Part shown: positions 54,201-64,000 of the stretch, in pieces
How the letters are laid out: every line of letters begins with the position of its first letter
Position numbering within the stretch: the stretch's first letter is position 1
Origin: Naegleria gruberi
Lineage: Eukaryota
Length of the DNA: 64,000 nucleotides
Assembly (NCBI GenBank): GCA_000004985.1
Contig: GG738848.1
Direction: 5' to 3' (one strand)
The notes under the pieces: generated by a model
Seen by the model: only the letters and a program-made list of their open reading frames with translations
What the model was told of the DNA's origin: nothing
Database searches by the model: none
Position numbers and translations under genes: made by a program

Positions 54201-55964
54201 ATGAATTTTGAATCAAACATCCCAAAGAACTCTTCCCTTGAAGACTTTTTTAGTGGTGTTTTCAATACTAGTGCATCACACTCTTTCATGATGAATAATG
54301 ATGATAACATGTACTTGGATGAAAATGTTAATGAATTCTTTGGAACTAGTCCTGAGCAAGATCCATTCTCCTCCTACTTCCCTTTCAATAATAACAATAA
54401 TAGTTTTTATGCCACCTCCTTCCCTGAAAATTCATCACCAATTAATAACATCAATGAAACCCAACAACAAATTGCCAAATCCTCCTCTATCCTCTCCCTA
54501 ACTGATTTTAAGCCTTCCTTCTCTAGAACCTCTTCCTCTACCTCATTTGCAGGATTGCAAACCCCATCTATTCTCCACAATGGTGAATCCTCGCCGATGG
54601 AAAGCTTCCATCAAATGGATGAATTCCAACGTCAATTAGATGAAGATTTTTTGAGAAATGGTGGTGTTACCTCTCTCAATATTTCTTCAGAAAGTGCTTT
54701 CAAACCAAGATCTGATCAACATTTGTTTAAATTTAATAAGCAAATGGACTTTTTAAGCGGTATTCCAAAACCATCAACTACAGAATCAAATCAAGACATT
54801 TTTGCCTCATTGAATGATATTTCAGAGTCACTTATTGAAGAACCACCAAAAGATTCTACTATTGATGCTATGGATACTTCGAGTGTAAATTCCAAAACTA
54901 CACCTGGTCTTCCACCAGGTCATAAGATAATCAACGGTGAAATGTATAATGACAGAGGATATAAGATTTGTGGTTTTATGAATCAACATAATAGACCATG
55001 TCAAAGAATTGGTAAATGCCCATTCCACGATAGAATGAAGAGTGATAAACCTTTATCCACAAATAGTGATGGTATTATTGCTGCTCAGGATAGTATTGAA
55101 CCAGAACATTTTGCACCAACTCAGGTCGTTAAAGAAAAGAAGAAGAGTGAAAAGAAATCAAAGAAGAAACAAGACGAAACTCTGTTAGAAGTTCCATCAG
55201 TTGAATCTTTGACTACAAGTACTACCACAGCCAGTGCTTCAACAACAACTGAAGATAAACCAGCAACCAAGAAGCCATACAAGCAAGGTTGGACCAAGGA
55301 AGAACATATTCTCTTCCTTAAAGGTCTTGAACTTCACGGCAAGGGAAGCTGGAAGGAAATAAGTGCAATTGTTGGTACAAGAAGTCCAACTCAAATCCAA
55401 TCACATGCTCAAAAATATTTCCTCAGACAAAAACAACAAAAGAAGAATAAGCGATCAATTCATGACTTTACAATGGATGACATGAAGAAACAAGATTCAG
55501 TTGAAGAAGTTGAAGAAAACAATCACAAGAGAAAGAGAAACAAATCCAAATCAAAAGAATCCAAGAAGACTGGAGCTGTTCATTCTGAAGATTCATTATC
55601 ATCAGAACCACAATTAGAAGTATTTGGTGAAACTCTTGTTGGTGATGCTAATGCCTCACTTATGAAACAATTCACTTTAGCTCCTCCTAAACCACAACAA
55701 CCTCAACCACAAGATGCAAACTATATGGATATTATTAACAAGTTGAACCATTTGAAAAGCTTTCCCAAACAGTCACCTTCTACTGGCAAGTCTTCTGCTT
55801 TCAGCAGCGTTTCCTCGGACGAATTAGACTTTCACTTCAATACAAACAACGAATCAATTCCAACAGTTACAGAGGAACATTCTGATCTTTATGATGCTTG
55901 GGAAATTGGCGAATCATCAACAATAGATGATGTTGCTCCTTTCCAAAAGAAAATCAAATTGTAA
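54201..55964 (+). CDS. Single-repeat Myb/SANT transcription factor of the SHAQKYF class
   Basis: Single ORF of 587 aa. WTKEEHILFLKGLELHGKGSWKEISAIVGTRSPTQIQSHAQKYFLRQ. Basic tracts flank the repeat. An upstream Cys/His cluster reads CGFMNQHNRPCQRIGKCPFH. Confidence 0.8.
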   Translation: MNFESNIPKNSSLEDFFSGVFNTSASHSFMMNNDDNMYLDENVNEFFGTSPEQDPFSSYFPFNNNNNSFYATSFPENSSPINNINETQQQIAKSSSILSLTDFKPSFSRTSSSTSFAGLQTPSILHNGESSPMESFHQMDEFQRQLDEDFLRNGGVTSLNISSESAFKPRSDQHLFKFNKQMDFLSGIPKPSTTESNQDIFASLNDISESLIEEPPKDSTIDAMDTSSVNSKTTPGLPPGHKIINGEMYNDRGYKICGFMNQHNRPCQRIGKCPFHDRMKSDKPLSTNSDGIIAAQDSIEPEHFAPTQVVKEKKKSEKKSKKKQDETLLEVPSVESLTTSTTTASASTTTEDKPATKKPYKQGWTKEEHILFLKGLELHGKGSWKEISAIVGTRSPTQIQSHAQKYFLRQKQQKKNKRSIHDFTMDDMKKQDSVEEVEENNHKRKRNKSKSKESKKTGAVHSEDSLSSEPQLEVFGETLVGDANASLMKQFTLAPPKPQQPQPQDANYMDIINKLNHLKSFPKQSPSTGKSSAFSSVSSDELDFHFNTNNESIPTVTEEHSDLYDAWEIGESSTIDDVAPFQKKIKL

Positions 55965-56041
55965 AATAAGAAGATAAAGTTTTCTCCAATAATCTAGATT
56001 AAATAGAACCTTTTTAGAAAAAGTTATCTTCACACAAAAAA

Positions 56042-59000
56042 ATGGTCACCAACAGTCACAACCATTTTCTTATCATCACAATCATCACTCTCCTCTTGTT
56101 TTCGGAGAGATTATTTTGCCAACAAATGCCCAAAGTTAACCTCTTTGTGGATACAACATCAACAACACCTTCGATAAATAATTGCACAACAATAGAAAGT
56201 CCATGTACTTCAATACTGGAAGCAGTAGGAATTGTGGACACTTTTAATTCTGTGAGGAGTGCAACTGCATTCTCCATTTTACTTTTATCTGACATTATTA
56301 AAAATGATGAAGGAATTAACTGTTTTGTTCCTATAACTTTGAAAAATCCAAGTTTTGTCTCAAAATTTACTTTCCAAGCCTACAATAACACAATTCGATC
56401 GGAATGCCAAATAATTTTAAATTCAAATGTATTTATTACTTTTTCTAACATAGAATTTACATCAGTAGAATCACTTCCAACATCAGTTGAAGTTGTTACA
56501 ATAGAATATTCTTATTGTAAATTTATTGGAATTAATGTGGTGAAGACTTTTGTGAGAGGTTTATATTCTTTTGCAAATTCTATCATTGAGAATAGCTCTA
56601 TAGAAATTAGGTCTGCCTATGGGATAACATTTAGAGATTCAATTATCAGGAATAGTCAACTCAAATTTTCATCTTCAAACTCGTTTTTTTTCATGAGTAG
56701 TGAATTAAGAGATTCTTCAATGACAGTAGAAGATACAAGGACATCCCAAGCTCTATATTCAAAATTTTATAATGATTCCTCAAGCTTTTTTTCGATTGGA
56801 TCTTTGAGTTTTTTCAATTCTAATTTTGATCAAGGAAGATTAAGGGAATATTTCTTTATCAATAGTTTAGTAATGCAATCATGTACATCCAACAGCGGTA
56901 AATGGTTCAACGCTAGATCAATAATTTCGGCAGCATTCACAGATTGTACAATAACTGGTGATGGAAGAAATAGAAACTCTGAATCAGTTTTATTAGATAC
57001 AATAGATTCTGTGAGGATTATTGGCTTTGTTATTACAAATTATAAGGGCAGTGGTATTAGAAGTTTTAATATTGGAAATTTGAGTATTTTATCCTCAATA
57101 TGCAAAAATCTGGAATCTTTTGCCGGAGATGCGTGCTTTACAACTTCAGGTGTTAATATAGTTACTTTTGACCAGTGCTATTTCACAAATACTTTAGGTA
57201 CATCTCTTTCAATTTCGAGCACAAACGAAATTACCGTTAAGAATTCATTATTTTCGAATGGCATTGGTACATCCATTAATGCTCTTATTTCAGAAAATCT
57301 ATTGTTAGACTCAGTTTCCTTCCTAAATAATACAATTGCACCAAGGGTAAACGAATTACAAAATGGTTTTGACCTTAGTATAATGAATATTCGTCAAGTA
57401 ACTATTCGATCCACAACAACAAATGGCCCAGAAATTACAAATGGTTTTAGTATTTATTGCAGATTACTAAACGTTAAAAAAGTAAAAGGGGAGTTTGAAT
57501 GCAAGAGATCTAGTTCTGGACAAGTTAGTGGCTGCTTTTTTATGTGGTTAAATGAACCGTATGTGCCTGGAACTGTAGATGTTGAGGTCAAGACAAATCA
57601 AGATATTTCTAAATTGGAATATGGAAAACTAATTGCTTCAACGCCAAATAGAGTGGAGGTCAGCCCAGATAATGAAGTATATAAGAATGGGATGGTGAAT
57701 TTATATCCGGGTCAAGTTACAAATTTGAAATTATTGGCATATGATTACCTTAATATTAGTCAGCCATATCTTTACAAAAGGTTAATTTTACAAATGAATG
57801 GAACCCACATTTATTCAGATGATTTTGTAAACACTACTATGATGGGGGTTTCATTTTACATATTTCATCCCTCACTTATAGGTACAGTTGCATATATGAA
57901 GTTTATCAGGGAGCGTACAATATCAAATGTGTCAGTATTAATTTCTGATTGCCCTTCTGGACATAAACTAAGTTGTGTAAATGAGAACCACTATATTTGC
58001 GAAAAAGTTTTGGATCTGACTTCTATAGTTGTTGGTGCTGTATTTGGATTTATTTTGCTATTAATTATAGGTATATCAGTAGGGTCAATTTCATTTTATG
58101 TTGTTAGAAAACAAGTTGTAAACAAACTTAAAACTCTGAAAAACAAAGAGATGGCTGAAAAGGAAATACAAGAAAAGATTATTTCTAAGGATATCATTTT
58201 TGATGGATTGGAAAGTGAAGGAAATTGTATAGATTCCACAAAATTTGCCCCATCATTTTTAATTCCTGTAGATAGCCTTTGTATCGTTAAACAATTAGGT
58301 TCAGGAGGAGGAGGAATTGTTTATGAGTGCACCTGGTATGTTTTTAATTTATTTTGATTATTCAAATTTGAATTTTTGTGGAATTAGGAATGGAACTCAG
58401 GTTGCAATTAAAACTATAAGAAATGATAATGTGGACAATGAGGAATTTGAGACTGAGGTTTCACTTCTTAAGAGTTTAAGGTAAGCATATAGAATATTTG
58501 AAAAATAGTGGTCTAACTCAAACAGACATCCAAATATTGTTTCTTTTTATGGAATAAGTCTAACTTCTAACTCTAAAATTCTAGTTATTGAATATATGGA
58601 GAAAGGTAGCTTGGATACTCTAATTAACGAGTGTAGGGTAGGAAGAACTTCAATTTCACTAAAAAAGAAATTGGATATTTTGCTTGATATTTCCAGTGGT
58701 ATGGATTATCTTCACACAATCAATCCAAAGATTATTCATAGGTAAGTTCAGAAATAATATTAATTTTCTAATTATTTCATTCTAATTACAGAGATTTAAA
58801 ACCTGGTAATGTCTTGCTGGATAAGAATTTAAGATGTAAAATTTCAGATTTTGGATTGAGTAAAGTTTCTACTGAGGGAACAATGACACAAAATATAGGT
58901 ACCATGTTGTATCTAGCTCCAGGTAAGTTTTAATCTAGTCTCATTGTGTTGTAAAATATCTCCAGAGATGTTTAACGGTACCAATCCAAGCGAAATATCA

Positions 59001-59387
59001 GAAAAATTGGACGTCTTTAGTTTCAGTATTATAATGTATGAATTACTGTTTGAAGTTACGCCCTACCTGACTTTTTCATCAAGAAAGATTTATCGTTTTC
59101 GATCTGCTCCAAATATCAATCAAGATACTGCAGCCTTCTCAGTTCCATCAAAGGTTGCAAAAGGAATTCGTCCAGTAGTTCCCTTCTTAAATGATGAAGA
59201 GTTGGAATTGTGGGTTCAGGAACATATTTATCCCTCAGAACAATCCACACTGAATTCACTCCAAACCTGCATTACAATTATTTCCAGATATGTTTCATTG
59301 ATGCAAAAATGTTGGAGTCAAACACCTAGTGAAAGACCCTCATTCTCATACATTTTACATGAATTATCAAATCTTCAATCTCTTTAA
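56042..59387 (+). CDS. Receptor-like protein kinase (TKL-like): signal peptide, repeat-rich ectodomain, one TM and a cytoplasmic kinase domain
   Basis: Five exons: 56042..58335, 58388..58480, 58526..58741, 58792..58922 and 58966..59387. Introns are 52, 45, 50 and 43 nt. Total 3156 nt (1051 aa). TM segment [27 protein letters not shown]. Kinase motifs: [34 protein letters not shown]. The ectodomain has recurring xFxNSxI-type units suggesting a beta-helix (inference). Confidence 0.85.
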
Positions 59388-59544
59388 TTGTTTTGGATAA
59401 TTAATTTTATACTTTACAATAATTGGACACAACTGCGCATAAACAAACCAATAAATATCTATGGTTACCGAATGTTACGCATAACACCAAGGAAGCACAT
59501 ATTGACGGATGCATTCTATTGAAATCATGTTTACAATAAAAAAA

Positions 59545-60888
59545 ATGTCGCAACAACCAACAATGCCTTCCCTTTCCAAACGTTCAGAACACTTCTCTGT
59601 AAATCCAAGTTTTGTATTGGCAATGGGAAAGGTATTTTCCAATGTCTATCATCCTGAGAATAATCCGAATGGTATTATAAATTTAGCTGTTGCTGAAAAT
59701 GTTCTTGTTTCCGATTGGCTTTGCAAGACTTTTCATCAAGTTGCTGTTGATTCTCCTCTTTTACCTATTAATTTGAATTATACAAATTTCTGTGGAGAAA
59801 ATAATTTCCGAAAGTATTTGGTTGATAATTTGATGAACAAGCACATCTTTAAGAGATTGGGAAATTCTGAATTTGATAAGGAATTTGCTAACATTAATAA
59901 TTATTACTTGTGTAATGGTGCAGGAAACGTTATTGAAATGTTGGCTGCTACTATTTGTGATGCTGGTGAATATATCATGGTTCCAGCTCCTTTGTATTTG
60001 GGATTTGAGAATGATTTTAATAAGAGATTCTTTGCTAAAGTTCTCCCAGTTGATATGGAATTTGATTCATCATCAAATACATACAAATTAACAGTTGAAA
60101 AAGTTAGAGAAACATATGAGGAACATAGTAAGACAAAGAGTATTAGAGGATTTCTATTATGTAATCCAAACAATCCTACTGGTGATTTGTTTGGTTCTGC
60201 AATTGTTAGACAATTGATTGATTTTTGTAAGGAAAAGAATATTCACTACATTAGTGATGAATTGTATGCTTTATCTGTTTTTGATCCAAATACTAGTTTT
60301 GAAAGTGTTTCAAATGTAATGACTGAGGATGATAGAAATCATGTTCATGTTATTTATTCCTTTTCAAAGGATTTGTGTTTGAATGGTTTTAGAATGGGTG
60401 TGTTATTTACAATGAATACTGGTGTGAAAGCTGTATTTGATTCATGTTCTTACTTTATGGGAGTTTCATCTGGAACACAACACATGATGGCCAACTTTTT
60501 AAAGAATGAAGAATATGTGGAAAATTATCTCAATCTTAATAAGAGCAAGTTATTGGAACAATACACAATGATGTGTGATTATTTCAAACAACATGACATT
60601 ACCTATGTTGATGCTAAGGCTGGCCTATTTGTTTGGTTCAATCTTGAAAGACAAATGAAGAAGTACCTTACTAGAAAGCATCCAGAAATTGATGTGAGCT
60701 TGCCTCTCACAGAGCAAGAAGAATACGAAGTATGGTTGGATGCCATCGATATTGCAGCTGTTAATGTTTCTGCTGGCAGTTTCTTTAAGACTAAACAATT
60801 TGGTTGGTTGAGAATTTGTTTCACCTCTGCTCATTGGCCAACAATGAAAATTGGTTTAGATAGATTATTTAATTTATTAAATCATTAA
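59545..60888 (+). CDS. PLP-dependent class I aminotransferase, ACC-synthase-like
   Basis: ORF 59509-60888. The preferred start is ATG 59545 (aaaaaaaATG, MSQQPTM); ATG 59509 is the alternative. Motifs: NPNGIINLAVAENVL, CNPNNPTGDLF, ISDELYALSVF, the PLP-lysine motif YSFSKDLCLNGFRMG, and AGLFVWFNL. Confidence 0.85.
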   Translation: MSQQPTMPSLSKRSEHFSVNPSFVLAMGKVFSNVYHPENNPNGIINLAVAENVLVSDWLCKTFHQVAVDSPLLPINLNYTNFCGENNFRKYLVDNLMNKHIFKRLGNSEFDKEFANINNYYLCNGAGNVIEMLAATICDAGEYIMVPAPLYLGFENDFNKRFFAKVLPVDMEFDSSSNTYKLTVEKVRETYEEHSKTKSIRGFLLCNPNNPTGDLFGSAIVRQLIDFCKEKNIHYISDELYALSVFDPNTSFESVSNVMTEDDRNHVHVIYSFSKDLCLNGFRMGVLFTMNTGVKAVFDSCSYFMGVSSGTQHMMANFLKNEEYVENYLNLNKSKLLEQYTMMCDYFKQHDITYVDAKAGLFVWFNLERQMKKYLTRKHPEIDVSLPLTEQEEYEVWLDAIDIAAVNVSAGSFFKTKQFGWLRICFTSAHWPTMKIGLDRLFNLLNH

Positions 60889-60898
60889 ACTATTGATC

Positions 60899-62512
60899 TC
60901 ATTTCACTTTCATATTTGGGTGAACACCTGTAACGAGTAGTGCTTTGGATTTGCCGTTGATGTTTGCTCTATTGATGGAAAAACTTGGAGCATTAATGTG
61001 TTTCACATTCTTGCAATCCCTAATTTCACCTCCTAATGAGTTGTTACATTTCACCGATTTCAAATCGTTACAGTTAGAAAGAGAAAAGAATTTACAACTC
61101 CTAGAATTCTTTGAAAGGTCAATGGTTGAAAGTTTGGAACAATTGTCGAGAGTAAGATTTGATATAATAGAGTTGTCCAGAATGTTTGCCATCTCATCGT
61201 CTTCAATTTTTGTATTTTTGATTGTTAATTTCAAATCTGAAGACCGTATTTCTACATATTTAAGCTTTTCCATATTTTCAATTACGAGTGAAATTGAAGA
61301 AATATCAACTGATAGTTTCCTCAGCGTTCTACAATCCTTAACTACCCAATTCGAAATAGATGAAGAGTTAGATGAATGAACTCTTATTTTTCTAATACTC
61401 TTAAAAATTGATAAATCCATTAAATAAGACAGCCACGTAGAGAATGTAGATTCTGAAAAATCCAAATGTGATTGAATGTCCAATTCCAATGATTGAAGTA
61501 AGCTCAACTTGGGTAATGTCAATGTACATAATGTCTCTTGCTTAATTGCTAACCCCAGCGTATCCAATACAGGACAATCAAGAATGTGAATTCCTTTCTC
61601 TTCCTCTCTTGAAAAATTATTTACAGTAAGCTTTTTCAAATTCGGCAAATTGGAGAATTTGAATTTGTCACAGTATGAATCCAGGTACTTTCCATTAAAA
61701 GAAAGAGTGTACGTAGATGTTTTAAGGGATATGGATTTGATATTTGGTGTTAAAAGGTAATGTTGAGAATGAGATGTCGTCTCACTATTATTGTAACATG
61801 GCGAAGGCAGTGTATGAAATTGAAAATGTTTCAATTTTGGAAAATGGTTTCCCAGCTGCATAACAAATGAATCGTCTCGTAAGTGTACAGTTATTGATAA
61901 ATATTTCAAATTTTCAAAATGATCCTTAAATCCTTCATATAATGAAATCTTCTTAAATTTGATTGATTTGAATGTCAAAATTAAATGTTTTAAATTTGGA
62001 ACCCAAGAGGGGTTGAGTAAAAATTGATGCATATTTGAAGATTCGATGTGCACAGAAGTTAATTGATTCACTTTTGTGAATAATTCATGGCAAACCTTTT
62101 CAGATACTTGCAAACAATTGGTAGAATACCATTCCCTAATTGCAAAATTACTCCTCTCAATAATTTCCAATAACTTTTCCTCCTTCAAAATTGAACGTTT
62201 AGAGAAGCAATCATTCTTTAATAAAATTGATCTGAGAGTTTGATTGTCACCACTTGGTTTTGCAAGTGAGGAATCCAAATATATTGTTTTAAATATCAAT
62301 CCCGAGAGTAATCCTCTCTCAATCACATTATAAAAACACTTGTTTATATATTTGAGACAAGCAAAAAATTCCGTGGTAGAGGAATATTGCAAAATAGTGG
62401 CAACAATCTCATCAATTGAGAATAGGCAATAATCCAACTTTTTAACCTTTCTTTGAGGATTCTCATTCATTGCTCGAGCCGAAGAAGAAATAGATGCTCG
62501 GCTTCGTTTCAT
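60899..62512 (-). CDS. F-box-like / leucine-rich-repeat protein
   Basis: Single ORF of 537 aa, with ATG 62512 after an A-run. N-terminal FSIDEIVATILQYSSTTEFFACLKYINKCFYNVI is F-box-like. Irregular LRRs follow (LKHLILTF, LKYLSITV, LKKLTVNNF, LRKLSVDIS, LSTIDLSKN). Confidence 0.6.
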   Translation of the reverse strand: MKRSRASISSSARAMNENPQRKVKKLDYCLFSIDEIVATILQYSSTTEFFACLKYINKCFYNVIERGLLSGLIFKTIYLDSSLAKPSGDNQTLRSILLKNDCFSKRSILKEEKLLEIIERSNFAIREWYSTNCLQVSEKVCHELFTKVNQLTSVHIESSNMHQFLLNPSWVPNLKHLILTFKSIKFKKISLYEGFKDHFENLKYLSITVHLRDDSFVMQLGNHFPKLKHFQFHTLPSPCYNNSETTSHSQHYLLTPNIKSISLKTSTYTLSFNGKYLDSYCDKFKFSNLPNLKKLTVNNFSREEEKGIHILDCPVLDTLGLAIKQETLCTLTLPKLSLLQSLELDIQSHLDFSESTFSTWLSYLMDLSIFKSIRKIRVHSSNSSSISNWVVKDCRTLRKLSVDISSISLVIENMEKLKYVEIRSSDLKLTIKNTKIEDDEMANILDNSIISNLTLDNCSKLSTIDLSKNSRSCKFFSLSNCNDLKSVKCNNSLGGEIRDCKNVKHINAPSFSINRANINGKSKALLVTGVHPNMKVK

Positions 62513-62576
62513 TTTTTTTGTTGAATTTATTTACAATTCATTTGGACAATCTTGCCTAGACATGTATCGAACAATG

Positions 62577-63401
62577 TTAATTCTTGGTGGTGCCTCCTCT
62601 GTATTCAGAGATTGGTTTAGTAAAAGTGGTATTTCTATTCCATGGATTTGTGCTGGAGACTGGAGCTGAATGGTAAATGTTAGTGTGGAGTAAAGAGTTG
62701 AGGGGATTTTGGTTTTTGGCTTGTTCTGTGTGGAATGTGATTGGAATGTCTGATTTGTAAGTTTCATTTGTTTTCATCATACTGTTTGAGAGAGGTGGAA
62801 CGTTTCGTTCGTGTTCAACATGGTAAGTTGTCTTGTAAGATTCCTCCAGAACGGCTCTCTTATGAGCTTCTGAGTACAATTGTTCTTGTTGATCCAATTC
62901 TTTTGCTGCTTGTTCCAATAATTGTCTTTCTTCCATTTTCTTTCTTCTACCAATTACATTTTCCTCTTTTGGAAGAGCTGGTGGATTATATTTACGAGAA
63001 TTCAAACTCTTCTTAAATTCCTCGTCATTTCCAGTAATCATCATTGTTGATTTTTCCTTTTCCTTAGGTGTTGTATTAATGTAATCAGCAAAGAATGTTG
63101 TTGTTTTGCCTGTCAAATCCGTTGCCACTGTTGCACTATTCTTTCCCCTTCGGAAGTGTTGTTGTTCATTGAGATGAGGTGGCCCTCTATTTTGTTTTGA
63201 TGGCAAATTAGTATCAATTGTTGCCTCTTCTTGCCAATTACCAACCAAAACTCCCTTTCCGTGATTGTGTCTATTGTACTGACTCTCCTCAACCCAATCT
63301 CCATCTATATGGCTCGTATCTAAATTCCTAAAGGCTCTCTGTCTTCTATCCACCGTTCTACCTGGATCAGGTAAATAAGGCTCGTTGATTGTTCTATTCA
63401 T
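62577..63401 (-). CDS. Hypothetical protein; possible ciliary microtubule-inner-protein-like (CFAP107-like motif)
   Basis: Single ORF of 274 aa, with ATG 63401 after an A-run. The only hint is GVLVGNWQEE, which resembles the 'LTGNWxEE' motif I recall from CFAP107/C1orf158. The rest is polar and low in complexity. Confidence 0.4.
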   Translation of the reverse strand: MNRTINEPYLPDPGRTVDRRQRAFRNLDTSHIDGDWVEESQYNRHNHGKGVLVGNWQEEATIDTNLPSKQNRGPPHLNEQQHFRRGKNSATVATDLTGKTTTFFADYINTTPKEKEKSTMMITGNDEEFKKSLNSRKYNPPALPKEENVIGRRKKMEERQLLEQAAKELDQQEQLYSEAHKRAVLEESYKTTYHVEHERNVPPLSNSMMKTNETYKSDIPITFHTEQAKNQNPLNSLLHTNIYHSAPVSSTNPWNRNTTFTKPISEYRGGTTKN

Positions 63402-63532
63402 TTTTTTCTTATTTGAATTTAAGGAGAACTGTAAATATTAATAATAATTGTGAGAGCCAAAATGGGAAATTGATAGACTCTGATGTCAAAATATTGGCGC
63501 TTATTATCAAAATTAATTTCTTATTGAATTTT

Positions 63533-64000
63533 TTATTTTTTGCAAATTGACTCGTGTTTCTCTATTCTATCAGGATTGAATTTTCTTCCACAGACTCTAC
63601 ATGGCACTCGATGTGGTTCAGAAGATGAAGTTTGAGAGGATATTTTAGTTGTCACATTGTCAAGACTAGGATTTGGCATGTTCTTAATCTTTTCAGTAAG
63701 AATTTTGCTTGGTGATGGTTGGACCTCTTTCTTGGATCCTTTACAACTATTTTCGTGAATGGCCAATCGATCAAGAGCAAACTTTCTTCCACATTTTGAA
63801 CATTCTGCTCTTTCAAGTTCCTCATAAGCTTCTGAATTGTTTGAAGATTGTTTTCCAACAACAGCAGAAAATGGAACAACACCTCCTCTTGCTGCTGCAC
63901 CTGGTTGATTTTTGCCGAATGGAGGAGGGTTCTTATCTGCCTGTTTTTCACAAGATCTCAAATGGACAATTAAAGCTTCTGCATTGAATTTTCTGCCACA
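63533..64000 (-). CDS. C2HC zinc-finger protein (ZC2HC1/FAM164-like). Partial: the N-terminus lies beyond the window end.
   Basis: The frame is open from 64000 down to the stop at 63533. The listed 'M' at 63961 is TTG. Three C2HC units: CGRKFNAEALIVHLRSC, CSKCGRKFALDRLAIHENSC and CRVCGRKFNPDRIEKHESIC. Confidence 0.7.
   Translation of the reverse strand, partial: CGRKFNAEALIVHLRSCEKQADKNPPPFGKNQPGAAARGGVVPFSAVVGKQSSNNSEAYEELERAECSKCGRKFALDRLAIHENSCKGSKKEVQPSPSKILTEKIKNMPNPSLDNVTTKISSQTSSSEPHRVPCRVCGRKFNPDRIEKHESICKK

Noticed and set aside
1-64000. tRNA, rRNA, snRNA, transposon, CRISPR or prokaryotic defence/operon features
   Set aside because: I scanned the intergenic regions by eye for tRNA T-arm (GGTTCGAATC-like) sequences, terminal inverted repeats and spaced direct repeats. 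None was found. A proper tRNAscan or Infernal run is still needed to exclude small RNAs.

Overview
The window reads as AT-rich, gene-dense eukaryotic (protist) nuclear DNA. I found no prokaryotic features: no operons, CRISPR arrays, IS elements, rRNA or tRNA. I can support about 31 protein-coding genes on both strands. Most are single-exon; the rest carry short GT-AG introns of about 40-207 nt, usually with GTAAGT or GTATGT donors. Spacers are very short, from 9 to about 450 bp, apart from three intergenic regions of about 0.7-1.2 kb.

Nearly every start codon I accept follows an A-rich tract (aaaaaaATG). Many 'M' residues that open ORFs in the supplied track are actually TTG or GTG codons. 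I checked this on the sequence and moved those starts to the first real ATG.

Gene content:
- Signalling: a PAS-containing membrane adenylate-cyclase-type protein, a hybrid histidine kinase, a sensor-domain protein with a degenerate cyclase domain, a class I PI3-kinase, a TKL-type receptor kinase and a Rab8-like GTPase.
- Cilium-associated families: LZTFL1-like, ZC2HC1-like and a possible CFAP107-like protein.
- Genome maintenance: NSE3/MAGE, STK19-like and an RPA-interacting protein.
- Enzymes: carboxylesterase B, P450, cathepsin L-like protease, rhomboid, metallo-beta-lactamase fold, ACC-synthase-like aminotransferase and peptidyl-tRNA hydrolase.
- Several F-box-like/LRR proteins.
- A 1937-aa acidic repeat protein.

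This mix (many cyclases and histidine kinases, flagellar genes, low intron density, AT-richness) suggests a heterolobosean amoeboflagellate such as Naegleria. That is inference only. All family assignments come from motif recognition by eye.

I did not find a convincing novel multi-gene system. The points most worth a second look are:
- a single in-frame TAA inside an otherwise continuous class I PI3K reading frame, alternatively removed by a 117-nt intron;
- three -1 frame breaks inside conserved genes, each repaired by adding one base to a short homopolymer;
- two genes whose first exon is only the ATG;
- an identical 16-mer shared by introns of the cathepsin gene;
- extremely tight gene junctions;
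- repeat and short-motif architecture in the giant acidic protein.
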